Shown here: positions 15,185 through 32,940 of the stretch, piece after piece
How the letters are laid out: the number at the start of each line of letters is the position of its first letter
How positions within the stretch are numbered: the stretch's first letter is position 1
Assembly (NCBI RefSeq): GCF_009914755.1
Contig: NC_060939.1
Reading direction: 5' to 3' (one strand)
Length of the DNA: 64,000 nucleotides
Origin: the human T2T-CHM13v2.0 reference genome, Homo sapiens
Notes under the pieces: model-generated
Told to the model about the DNA's origin: nothing
The model's input: only the letters and a program-made list of their open reading frames with translations
The model's database searches: none
Position numbers and translations under genes: made by a program

Positions 15185-15463
15185 TCTTTCTTTCCTGCCC
15201 CTCTTGTCTCTCTCTCTCTCTCCTTCTCCCTTTTCTCTCTCTTCCTCTTCCTTCATTCCTGTCTCTCTCCCTCCCTCCATTTCTCTCCCTGCTTTCTTCC
15301 CTCCCTGCCTCCCTCCGTTTCCTTTTTTTTTTTTTAACTCCCTCCCATTCTTCCTTCCTTTCCTCTCTTCCCCTCCTTCCTTCCCTCTCTTCCCTTTCCT
15401 CTTCCCCTTCATTCCTTCCCTCTCCTTTCTCCTTTCCCTTCCCCTTCCCCTTCTTCCTGTTTT
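15185..15463 (+). repeat. CT-rich low-complexity polypyrimidine tract
   Basis: About 280 nt of almost pure C/T starting 20 nt after the exon 6 donor. Confidence 0.95.
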
Positions 15464-16117
15464 AGATGGCTGGAAAACCCAGCATGAGGGAGTAACTACT
15501 TGCGTTAAAACCAACCCACCTTTCTTTTTTAATTGTGGTGGCTTTGGGAAGAGGAAAAAACCCCTAGGGATAGATTTTATACACTAAATTAATCACATTC
15601 TTACACTCGAAAATGGCCTAATTTAGTGGTCTGTAGTTTCTTTTTAATTAAGTCTCTGGGATTTTTAGATGGACTAAATTATTACAACTAATTGAATGGA
15701 CCAGGGATGTGGGTAATCAAAACTGATACTTAATCTAAAAATCACTTTTTAAAAAGGCTTTTGATGTTTTTAGTTAAATACAGTTGGATCTGATTTTTGG
15801 GATCTTACTTTAAACAAATTGTTGAAACTCTAGTGTCCAGCTAATTCATGAAAAATTGGAAAATTCTCCCAGTTTTCCCCTTTTACCTCCTACTGTAGAG
15901 TTCACTATAACCTTCACTCATCTAAAAATAAACAGCCTTCTCATTTGCAGACCTGTAGCATGTTTTCTCAGGGGCAGATGAGGTTTTCAGTTTATGGAGA
16001 ATCAAAATGTCAGCAAAAAATTATAATTAAGTAAATTAGTTGGTATTATTATTGAGTTCGCAAAATGTCAACTAGTATTAAATTAGTATTGGCAATCACG
16101 TGGAGTAAAAGAAGTCA

Positions 16118-16368
<251 letters not shown>

Positions 16369-16371
16369 CTA

Positions 16372-16599
<228 letters not shown>

Positions 16600-18109
16600 T
16601 CACTTTAACTTTAGAGGTGGAGGTTGTAGTGAGCCAAGATCGTGCCACTGCACTCCAGCCTGGGCAACAGAGCAAGACTCCGAAGTTCGTTTTTTTTTCT
16701 TTTTTTTGAGATGGAGTGTCACTCTTGTTGCCTAGGATTACAGGCATTAAGCCACCGTGCCCGGCCAAGCTACCACTTTTCTATGTCACCCGACCTTTCC
16801 TAAAGTACTTGCCTCATCTTTTAAAATTTTGATGGTATGTCTTCTGGGTCTGACAGATTAAAAATAATTAACAAGGGCTGGGCGCGGTGGCTCATGCCTG
16901 TATTCCTAGCACTCTGGGAGGCCAAAGTGGGTGGATCACGAGATCAGGAGTTCGAGACCAGCCTGACCAACATGGTGAAACCCCATCTCTACTAAAAATA
17001 CAAAAATTAGTTGGGTCTGTGGCGCGTGCCTGTAATCCCAGCTGCTCAGGAGACTGAGGCAGGAGAATCGATTGAACGTGGGAGGCGGAGATTGCAGTGA
17101 GCTGAGATCATGCCACCACACTCCAGCCTTGGCGACAGAACAAGACTCCGTCTCAAAAAAAAAAAAAAAAAAAAGGAGTTGTATTCTCTTTGAAAATACA
17201 GCTGGTCCTATCAAGAGGAAGTTTGAATTGAGTAGAAAATATAATTAAAGAGATTTTAGATGTCATTTCGGTTTTGGTAACATTTCTTGGTATTAATGGA
17301 TTGTCCAGACCTGTCCTATCTCTTGGGAACGAGGGAGCATCAAGAAGAATTTTCCAGTGGATTGAATGAAAGGATCTGCTTGGAAGTATAACTTTGTTTT
17401 GCTGTAAATTTGGTTACATGATGCTTCATAAATATTGTAGGAAAATGGTGAAGAGGTGGGTCTACCAGCTTTTCCTACATTCATTAAAGAGCTGCCAAAA
17501 GTCTCATTTACAGAATATTTTGTTATTAATAAAATAATACAGCTAGTTTGAGACATCAATTATGTATACAACTTTTTATTTCAGCTTGAGTCAGTTGTAG
17601 GTAGGATCTCTTTTACAGGTCTGTTCAGTGTAAAATAAATATAACTCGTTTACCCACCTGTAAGTATTAGTAGAAGTATTTGGACTGCAAACAAAACTTG
17701 AGAAGAATCAGCAGGATCACAGGCATTCAGTGGTGATAATGGATTTGAAGGTAAAGAGAGTGAGATTTTTGAAGACAACAGTTTGAGACTCATGTTGATG
17801 TTTGTAGGACTCTAAAATTAACCAAATGCTCATAAAATAGCTTCATATAGTCTTCACTTTAGACCTATTTGGGTACAGCAGAAAGTAGAGGAGCAGAAGA
17901 AGCAAACAAAACCTGAGATTTGTGATTTTGTAGATATCTTATGTTTGAGTGCCAGATTGTGCGTAGTCAAATAAAAATTAGACTGGCATACCGAGAAGAT
18001 GCAGTAGTCATGTAGATAGCCCTCACTGCTTGCTTTGATATGATATGGCTTTCATCCCTACCCACCCCTGCCACACCATCCCCACCCCCCAACCCCACCC
18101 CACCTCCTG

Positions 18110-18144
<35 letters not shown>

Positions 18145-19097
18145 GAGGATCTTGCCTTGTTTCTCAGGCTGGCCTTAAACTCCTGGGCTTAAGTAATCCT
18201 CCTGCCCCAGACTTCTAATTGGCTGGGACTACAGGCATGTACCACTGTGCCTAGTAGTTTAATTAGTGTGATGCATCATTTATAATCTGTGTAAGCCAAT
18301 TATTATGTCCCATCACTATACTCATCTTGCTTACCCTTGATTGTCCTTCGGGAATAAGAATTGAATGAACTGGAATTGTGAAGAAGAGGGTTCTCATTAC
18401 TGTTTTTATTTTCCCTTTATTCTTTAATTTTACCCTCAGTTTCTTCTAGGAATTACTTTACTCTGGGAATGTTCTTAATCACTGACTAGAGATGAAGATA
18501 AAATGAAATTTGGTCACCTTCATAAGATGTTGATATTCTAGTCCATTTGCTAATTTTAGTCTAAATAGTAGGGAAAGGATTTGAACCATAAACATAAATT
18601 CAGTCTTAAAACATTATTCTTAAACCGTATTTACCTGCATTGAAGACATACATTGTATTTGCCAACTCAATAGAAGAACAGACATATACTTGATTGTACA
18701 GCTCAACAGAAGGAGAACAGACATATACTTGATTGTAGATAAATAATACAAAAGAAAGGAGCTCCTCCTTTTCTCTTTCCCAACTTGAGTATCATCACAC
18801 CCCTTTCCTTTCAGCACCCAGAGTTCCTTTTGTTTCTATTATTCCCCCTAAACCTAGAGCTCACTGAAATTAAAAAGAATGCTGTGGTTCCTCTCGGGAC
18901 TGTTGGGTGACTTGAGCCTTTGACAAATGCATTACCCTAGGTTTTTTCATCTCCAGCCCCTCAGCTTCCAGTATTGCACAGTTGCTGTATATAATTCCAT
19001 ATATAACATCAGATCTTTATGATCTTTCATCACATTTTGAAAAGTATGGTTCCACTGAACCTAAGCAGTAGGTTTGTATTCAAGAATACGAAGAAGT

Positions 19098-19399
19098 GGC
19101 CGGGCGCGGTGGCTCACGCCTGTCATCCCAGCACTTTGGGAGGCTGAGGCAGGCGGATCATGAAGTCAGGAGATTGAGACCATCCTGGCTAACATGGTGA
19201 AACCCTGTCTCTACTAAGTATACAAAAAAAGTAGCCGGGCGTGGTGGTGGGTGCCTGTAGTCCCAGCTACTCGGGAGGCTGAGGCAGGAGAATGGGCCTG
19301 AACCCGGGAGGCGGAGCTTGCAGTGAGCCGAGATTGCACCACTGCACTCCAGCCTGGGCAACAGAGCGAGACTCCATCTCAAAAAAAAAAAAAAAAAAA
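19098..19399 (+). mobile_element. AluY with a perfect 16-bp target-site duplication
   Basis: AAGAATACGAAGAAGT at 19082-19097 and 19398-19413. Confidence 0.92.
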
Positions 19400-19628
19400 G
19401 AATACGAAGAAGTGATTCTTGCCTTTGCTATAGAGTAGAGGTGAAAGTGTTTTGCTTAGGATTTTTCCAGATGCTTTTGGAAGGCAGTGCATAGTGGCTT
19501 ACGCCTGAAATCCTAGCACCTTGGGAGGCTGAGACGGGTGGATCGCTTGACCGCAAGAGTTCGAGACCACCCTGTGCAACATGGTGAAACCCCGTTTCTA
19601 ACAAAACGAAACAAAAAAACAAAAATTA

Positions 19629-19808
<180 letters not shown>

Positions 19809-19893
19809 TTACTGATGAGTGGAAGTGGAATCTACCCTCTGGTTTATTTCCCAACTTAGTTGATGGGCTTTCCCTAAAATCGTATTCCTAATA

Positions 19894-23402
<3,509 letters not shown>

Positions 23403-24035
23403 TAAAAGGAAGCAGTGCTTTAACTTTTTTTATTCTTATGTTTTTGAACAAGTGAAAGCTTTGAGTGGCAAAGGTAATTCATGATTTAGTCTGAAAAATC
23501 TTATGTCCATTGTTATTTTGAATAATGTAGATTTGTTTATTAGCACTTTAATTGAATTCTTGCTTTATACAGTTTGGAACTTGGGGCAGACAAGATTTTT
23601 CCTAGAACCTTAATATTTTCAGTAGTGTGATAGTATGTTTTCTCAAGGAGTCCTAAAGTACTAGTCACAATGTTGGGATAAAGGAGAATATAGAAGTATG
23701 ATTTTTAAAGTTTCTAAGATGTATTTGTTATAAGACAAAAAGATTTTAATATATTAAACTTTTGTTCATCTTGTGATAAAATCTTATGCTTGATTTTTAA
23801 AAATTGGTTTAACTGTAAAACCACTACAGTTTTCACAATCCAGGATACACTTGTTATATTCAAGATAACCAAGTATTTTGTTGGTGCTCACTGGTTCTTC
23901 ATACTAAGAATCTTCCTGGTTTCAAACTAATTTAAAGATTATGTTTTTTTGGTTATATTAGGAATACTTTTATAATATAACATGAAATATTTGACCAAAC
24001 TTTAGAAAGATAAAATATACTTCCTTTTTATCTAG

Positions 24036-24297
24036 CAGGCATTGCCAGTGGACCTGAGCAACAGTGGTATCAGAAGTCATGGAAGTGGCAGTTTTCATGG
24101 AGCATCTGCATTTGACCCCTGCTGCCCTGTTTCTTCCTCCCGAGCTGCAATCTTTGGCCATCAGGCCGCTGCTGCTGCCCCAAGTCAACCTTTATCATCA
24201 ATAGATGGCTATGGATCAAGCATGGTTGCGCAGCCCCAGCCCCAGCCCCCTCCACAGCCCTCTCTCTCATCATGTCGACATTACATGCCACCCCCTT
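24036..24297 (+). CDS. RNF111: RNF111 exon 7 (tandem TAG/CAG acceptor; alternative start 24039)
   Basis: tctag|CAG|GCA TTG CCA...CCT T|gtaagt; (Q)[17 protein letters not shown]...HYMPPP. Confidence 0.95.
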
Positions 24298-26476
24298 GTA
24301 AGTATATACTTAGTGGACACAAAATCTAGAGTCATGTCAATGAAGCATTTTGTACTTCCTTATGAAATAACCTTTAATCCCAGTTCTTAAATGTTTAGTA
24401 TTTACTTGGCTTAAGAGTAGGGTATATTTTTTCCCATGTTAGTATTATGTAATTGAGGTGGATTGAATGGAAGTTTTAAGGAATTTAGATTTGTTCTTTA
24501 GTATAGCTGAAGAAATGTGAAAGTTGAGTAGTATTTCTAGGCACAGTAAAGTAAATTTTTAAGAATTCTCAAGCAGTTAGCTGAGACATAACAGCAAGCT
24601 TTGGGAGTTGTAAAAGGATTTTTATATTCATTTGATGCAGGCAATTAAAATATAACCATGGTTGGGCATGATGGCTCACTCCTGTAATCCCAGCACTTTG
24701 GGAGGCCAAGGCAGGAGGATGGCTTGAGGCCAGGAGTTTGAGACCAGCCTAGGCAACATAGTGAGACCCCGTTTCTATAAAAATAAAATAGAACCAGCCA
24801 TGCCTTTTCTAAAGAAATTGAAATTCGTTAGATATCACAAGAAATGATAAATACTCTAAGGCTATGTAACATATTTACTATTTTGTTAGATCATAAGCTA
24901 ATAATGAAATGAAAGCTTAATAAACACTTGGCTGATAAACACCAAAAATTCATGCTGGAAATGAACCAGGAAGTCAGCAAGGAAATTTGTGTTTTGTTTT
25001 GATTACATGGCAAGTGGTAATTTTCACTTACATATCTTCTTGGATTTTTTCTTCTACTCCAGTCATTTAAAAAAATCTGCATCGTGCAGACGCAGCTGGA
25101 ATCAACCCAGAATCTGTACAGTGAAACTGGTGATATATTATTTACCTTCTCAGTAATGCAACTTAAAATTTAAAGTATAAATTGGAAAACATTTAGCAAG
25201 TTTTTACAAAGCATTGACCAATGGGCCAATTCTTTGTATGAGCACCAGTGTGATGCATGGCCTATTTTGTAATACTTGATGGTATTCATTTTTGATTGAT
25301 CATCTTTTATTTGAAATTCAATATGCTTAATTTTCTGCCCCTCCCCTTTAAAAATAATATACTGAAGCAGTTTATGAGTAAGTTCATTCCTTTCAAAATG
25401 TCCTAATAAATACATGTTTTAGATTCATTTGTTATATTCTAAAACATTCAGACTGTGCAGTCATATAAAATGAGAATTTAAAAGCTTCCTCGCACAGCTT
25501 ACTAATCTTAATATATCAGAGGTAGTAACTGTTCTATAAAAACTTTTAGAAATTTTCTTTGTACACATAGATAGGTATATGTCTTACCTTTTAAAAATGG
25601 GAAATCAAACATATTCTACTTCTTGTTTTTTGTTTTTAAATTTAACAGTATATTTTGATTTTTGCATATTAGCACATAAAAATCTAGCTCATTGGTTTTT
25701 AATACCCCCATAATATCCATTGTATATTAAATCAGTCTTCTGTTGATGGACATTAAAGTTGTTTATGGTTGAGTTTATGTATAGTTTAACTTCCTAGAAA
25801 TGTGATTGCTATGTCAGAGGGCTAAACTTTCAGATAAATACTGTTAAGTTTTCTCTCCAAGGGGCTGCATCAATTTACACACCTCATTAGGAGTGTGTTA
25901 ATGAGAATGAAGGTAGGAAATTTAAATTGTATTATTTTCTGTTAGAGACATTTTGATAACTCTGTTTTGGGCTTCTTTTCCTGAAGGAGTGTGTGTATTC
26001 TCTCCCCAACTTGCCCGTGCTTTTAAAAAACATTTCCCGTATGCTTTAGTTCACGTGTGAAACATGTGGTTCTTAAACCTTTTTTCATCCAGAATGAACT
26101 GGGGAAGACAATATGGCATAGTAGAGCACTAGCTTTAGAATTGGATAGATTCGAGTTGACCTCCCAGCTCTGACTAATTAGCTTGGTGACTTTGGATAAG
26201 TTATTTAATCTCTCTGTCCTTACATTCTTTGCACTTGTAAAATGGGAATAATTCCTATTGGCTATAAATTGTGATACTTGGATCCAGATGAATAGTTTGC
26301 TGTTTCATAAGTACATTTATATGTATAACAACAATACTTGTGGAGTAAGAATATGTCTCTCTCTGCTTTTGAAAGGTTTGTGGTCTTGATGAAGTGATAA
26401 AACAACTGTACTTGAAATGCTATTATTTAAAAGTTTTACTATCTTATTAATAAGATGTATTGAGAAGATATGTAAG

Positions 26477-26981
<505 letters not shown>

Positions 26982-28164
26982 CTACTTACGATTAATCATA
27001 AAGCAAATGGTCTACACTGTAAAGCTATGGGAATGCAGTGAGTAAATGTTGGAATAAAGCATAGTATTACATCTGCAAGTGATATGTTGAACGTCTAGGA
27101 AACAATATCAAGAACTTTTTTTAACTGTTGGGAACACAAATAGAGGAAGGGAAAGGGTTTTTGGGAATGTGGAATATGTCACTCTTAAAATGGTCAGCAA
27201 CCTGTTTTGTTTAAACAGTGAATTAAAGTGATGTCTAAAGAGTAGTTAAATAAATGGACTCATTCTGAAACAAAACTTCTTGCTTTGTAATATTTGTGAA
27301 TGTTGTATAATGATTACACAAATATAAAACTTTGCAACTAGAAAAAATGCTGTGAATTTGAGAAAGGATAGTTAACAATCATAAAACATAGTGGATTCAT
27401 TTTTTATGATTAAGAGCTAGCTACTGAGCTTTGTGCCTTCTTGAAGAGTAAAGCATTGATTTGAAAACAGAACTTTTAGAAAATTGGTTTAAAAATTTGT
27501 CTTGCAACTTTTAAAAATTAGATTTGTTGAAAGTTTCCTTTAAGTACATGCTAACAAGGCATACTTTGAAAATATAGTTGAGTTATTGTTACCTAACTTC
27601 TGCCCTTGCTGAATGAATCAAAAGCATTAAAAATTGAAAACTTCTGTAATGAAACTAGAGAATGGCTGTTGGTCTATATCAGACTTCCAAGAACATCTTC
27701 CAATAAAATGAAATTTGTATTGAAATCTAAGACAAACTTTTTTTTTTTTTTTACATGTCAAGTAGATGCACATCTCTAAGAGTAAGGAAGATGTGTATTC
27801 CTCAGAGAGATTTTTCAGCAGTCACTTTGAAACATAAAGATGTAGAATGAAGAAATGGTAGGAGCCATCTTATTAAGGACTTTACGTCCATATTTGATGG
27901 GAAACAAATAGGTCTCCTTCACCTTAATGTAGCACAGGAATAATGACATGGGGTAGGGAGAGAGAGAGACAGTTTGGAAAAATGTTTACACCCTATTATG
28001 ACAGAGCTTCCATATATGCAAATAATACTTACAAGTCAATAAGAAAAAGGTGAGTAATACAATAGGCTAAGCATGTAAATAGATAATTCTGAGAACACAT
28101 ACAAGCGGTCAAGAAATAAAAGATTTTTCTCAGATTGGCATTTATTTTAAAAATTTAGTGGTAA

Positions 28165-28518
<354 letters not shown>

Positions 28519-29017
28519 TGATGGAAATATTAATTATGGCAACCTTTTGGAAAGGGTATTTTTATTAACTGGCATCTAAATTTATTTTTTTCTTTCTGTC
28601 CCACAACTACTTACAGGAATTTATGCTACAGAAATGATCTCTATATATGTGTGTATACATGTGTGTAAATGAAAGAGTGAGTGCAGGAGTGAGCATATAC
28701 ACAGATATTTATCATAGCATTTGGGTTTCTTTTTTATCAGTGGGGATTTTGTCAGTACATTTTGGTGTGTTCATATAATAGAATGTTGTGAAGCTGTGAG
28801 TGAAGTTAAACTATAATATATATATTGACATAAGATATCCAAGATTATTGTAAGAAGGGAGCAAGTTGCTTGAGCAGTTGCTTGAATACTTTACTTGATA
28901 AAGTATTCATAAAAATAAAATACTAATATGTTTAAAAGTACACTAGGAATGTATAATAGCAATATATGTTCAACTGCATGGTGCCTATGTAACATACTCA
29001 AAATATTTTTCTTGCAG

Positions 29018-29366
29018 ATGCCTCTTTGACAAGGCCACTTCATCATCAAGCTTCTGCCTGCCCGCATTCTCATGGAAACCCCCCTCCTCAGACTCAGCCT
29101 CCGCCTCAAGTGGATTATGTTATTCCTCATCCTGTACATGCTTTCCATTCTCAAATATCTTCTCATGCAACATCTCATCCTGTGGCACCCCCACCACCAA
29201 CTCACTTAGCCAGTACAGCTGCACCAATCCCTCAGCATCTTCCTCCTACACACCAGCCAATTTCGCACCATATTCCAGCCACAGCACCTCCAGCACAGAG
29301 ACTGCATCCTCATGAAGTGATGCAGAGGATGGAAGTTCAAAGGAGGAGGATGATGCAGCATCCAAC
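29018..29366 (+). CDS. RNF111: RNF111 exon 8, Pro/His-rich
   Basis: cttgcag|AT GCC...CCA AC|gtatgt; [10 protein letters not shown]...[10 protein letters not shown]; 349 nt. Confidence 0.96.
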
Positions 29367-29804
29367 GTATGTTTTACGTTTTTAAAAAGAAAGTCAAGTT
29401 TGCTTTTTCTTCTACTTCCATTGGTCTTTACAACTCTGAAATCCAACTAGGCATGGTGGCATGCACTTGTAGTCACAGCTCCTTGGGAGGCTGAGACAGG
29501 AGGATTGCTTGAGCCCAGGAGTTTGAGTCCATCTGGGCAACACAGTGAAATACTGTTTTTTGTTGTTGTTGTTTTCTTTTTTTAAAAAAAGAACAAAGAA
29601 CAGCAACAACAACAAAAAAAACCATGAAGTCTTTAGAAATAATGTAACTTGTAACTATAAGCTGGGTGAGGCTCATTCCCGTAATCCCCAGTTGCTCAGG
29701 AGGCTAAGGCAGGAGGATAATTTGAGCCCAGGAGTTCAAAGCTGAGCTATGACTGTGCCACTGCACTCTAGCTTAGGTGGTAGAGCAAGACCCTGTGTCC
29801 TTTA

Positions 29805-29993
<189 letters not shown>

Positions 29994-30610
29994 CTACTGG
30001 GTAGGCTGAGATGAAAGGATCGTCTGAGCCCAGGGGGTCAAGGCTGGAGTGCAGTGGTGCAACCATAGTTCTTTTATCCTTGAACTCCTGTGCTTAAGTG
30101 ATCCTCCCATGATCATGCCACTGCACTGCAGCCTGGGTGACACAGGGAGACCCTGTCTCTCCCCCTCTCCCCAAAAAAGTAACTATACTAAATCCTCATT
30201 TCACTAAGAAATTGATTCTTTGCTAACGAGAACCTTCCCCTGCCTTTCCCTAAATTGTATGTGTTGAAAAAACAAGTTTATACCAGGTTATTTAGTAAAA
30301 TCTGACCAGTTTTACCATATGACCCAGGCTAATTTCTTTATGCAAACCAATTAAAAAAAAGTACCCAGACTGGTCTGATGTGAGCTAATCTTTTGTCTGT
30401 GTGTTTCTGCAATATCGTGTGGTAAAAATCAGTGTTAAAATTGATGATTCTGAGGAATAAGATCTAAAGATATCAAAGATTTGAATGTTACTAACGAGAG
30501 GGAAGGAAAGTATTAATAGAATTTTCAGTGAATGACAGTGAAAATATTGTACTTCAAGTTTATGAAAATCCTTTTTTTTCTTTTGATTATTCAGGATCTG
30601 ATTTTCATAT

Positions 30611-30843
30611 TCAGATCAGCAAACTATTGGTCTAATTCTGCCTACTGATTTTTGTAAACAAAATTTTATTGGAAAACAGCTGCAGTTTTTCAGTTACAAA
30701 CAAACTGAAAAAGTGTCTGTTGTTTGTGGCTGTTTCCACATTACAAAGGCTAAGCTGAGTAGTTACAACAGAGAACATACGGCCTGTAGAGCTGAAAAAA
30801 TTTCCCGTTTTACCCTTCACATAACCTGTTTGCCAAACTCTTG
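30611..30843. mobile_element. MER58A-like hAT element
   Basis: cagcaaactat...tttttgtaaacaaaattttattggaa...ctgagtagttacaacagag...tttgccaaactc. Confidence 0.65.
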
Positions 30844-32210
30844 ATCTAATTAATGATCCAGCTCTCTTGTGTAACTTTTTGTTTTACTTCTGTCATTTAA
30901 GATTGTATCCCAAATCTCTGGCTGTTGCTGCCATTCTAATATAGTAACCTTTTATATAGAAAATTGCCAGTTTAACAGTCTTATCTTCCAGTAACTGGCA
31001 AATTGTTGTTTAGAATAAACATGCAAAATCTGCAATTGTGTTAAAAACTAATATAAAATAATTAGACTATAAAAATGAATCTTAGCTGGGTATGGTGGCA
31101 CACACCTTTAGTCCCAGCTACTCAGGTGGCTGAGGTGGGAGGATCACTTAAGCCCGGGAGTTCAGGGTTACACTGAGCTATGATTGTGCCACTGCACTTG
31201 ATCCTGGAGCAAGATTCTGCCGCTTAAAAAAAAAAAGAAGCAAAAAATGAATCCCTGAAACTAAGTTGTTTTTAGTGTCTTCTGTTAACTGACTTTAGGA
31301 AGAGAAAATACAGTAAACTGGGATGCAAAATAAAGAGTATGAATGGAGGTTGGGCACATTGGCTCATGTCTGTAATCCCAGCACTTTGGGAGGCCAAGGT
31401 GGGCAGATCACAAGGTCAAGAGATTGAGACCATCCTGGCCAACATCCTGGCCCATCTCAAAATACAAAAATTAGCTGGGCGTGGTGGCATGCACCTGTAG
31501 TCCCAGCCACTTGAGAGGCTGAGGCAGGAGAATTGCTTGAATCTGGGAGGCAGAGGTTGCAGTGAGCCAAGATTGCCACTGTACTCCAGCCTGGTGACAG
31601 AGCTAGACTTCCTCTCCAAAAAAAAAAAAAAGTATGAATCAAGCTAAATACACGTTTCCTAGGTGTGTTAACTTGTATTACATGTGTTTTGAAAAAAAAT
31701 GCACAGGGTTAACATTGTTTTCTCTTAAACTTTCATCCATTAAAATGGTTGAATGTCTTTACAGTATAAGAGTAAATGAAGCAAAATTAAGGTTTCAATG
31801 TGTCCTGCTTTAATGTTTATATACAATAATTTATTTGTGCCTGCAACATTTGCCTGGGGTATTTAATTTTTAAAAATTTTATTTTTATTTAATTCCTATT
31901 ATTCTCCTATTTAAAATATCACTTGTAAAGAAGGTGTACAAGATAATGTTAAAATTACTTTTTCCTTGGGTGATATTTGAATTGGAAGCATTGGAATAAA
32001 TGAGCAATTAGAATTTATGGAGAAGGTGATGGTTTCTTGATTTATTAACAAATAATTTTATATGTTTTTATAATTTATTATAAAATTTATTTTATGACTA
32101 ATCTATAGATGTTTATAGTATTAATACTAGGGATTTTTTTCTACATTAAGAAAAGAAATAACCAATTATTCAATTATTTCCAGTGGTCTTTTTGTGTTCT
32201 GTGTTTCCAG

Positions 32211-32336
32211 GCGGGCACATGAACGCCCCCCACCCCATCCACATAGGATGCACCCAAACTATGGTCATGGGCATCATATTCATGTGCCTCAGACTATGTC
32301 CTCACATCCTCGACAGGCTCCAGAGAGGTCTGCCTG
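32211..32336 (+). CDS. RNF111: RNF111 exon 9 (alternative upstream acceptor at 32184 adds GLFVFCVSR)
   Basis: tttccag|G CGG GCA...GCC TG|gtcagt; [27 protein letters not shown]...ERSAW. Confidence 0.95.
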
Positions 32337-32557
32337 GTCAGTATCTTCTTTAATTTCAAAACAGTGCTTCACAGCTTGTGGTAAAACTATTGGAAGAGAT
32401 GCCTTGTGATTGATTGCTTTGCAGAAGGATGATGTGGAGAAACCTAATCCCCAGTTTAACTGAGACACTGCCTCTGGGCAGATAGAGGTTTGGAGAGGAA
32501 AGAATAGGAGCTGGGGCAGGGAACCATATCAAGCAGGAGTAGTACTTTTTTTAGGTG

Positions 32558-32940
32558 TTATTTTATGTTTAATTGAAAAATAATAATTGTATATATTTGG
32601 AGGTACAGCATAGTATTTCAATACATACATACATTGTGAAATGATTAAATCAGGCTAATGGCACATTTATCACCTCCAATATTGATCATTTCTTTGTGGT
32701 GAGTATATTTAAAATCTTTTGTCGCAGTTTTGAAATAAACGGTACGTTATTCTTCACTGTAGTCACCATGCTGTGCAGTAGAATATCAGAACTTACTCCT
32801 CCCAGCTGAAGCTTTGTACCCATCGACCAGCATCTCCCCTTTCCTCATTCATGACCCCCCACCCTCTCCCCAGCCTCTGGTAAACAACATGCTACTCTCT
32901 CCTGTGAGTTTAGGTTTTTTAGAGTTCCCATGTAAGTAAG
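32558..32940 (-). mobile_element. L1MA-type 3' end fragment
   Basis: tacattgtgaaatgattaaatcaggcta...gtcaccatgctgtgcagtag...cccagcctctggtaa. Confidence 0.65.

Noticed and set aside
15001-15587. Long Leu/Ser/Pro/Phe-rich and Arg/Glu/Gly-rich ORFs
   Set aside because: They arise from the stop-poor CT tract, which is a compositional artefact
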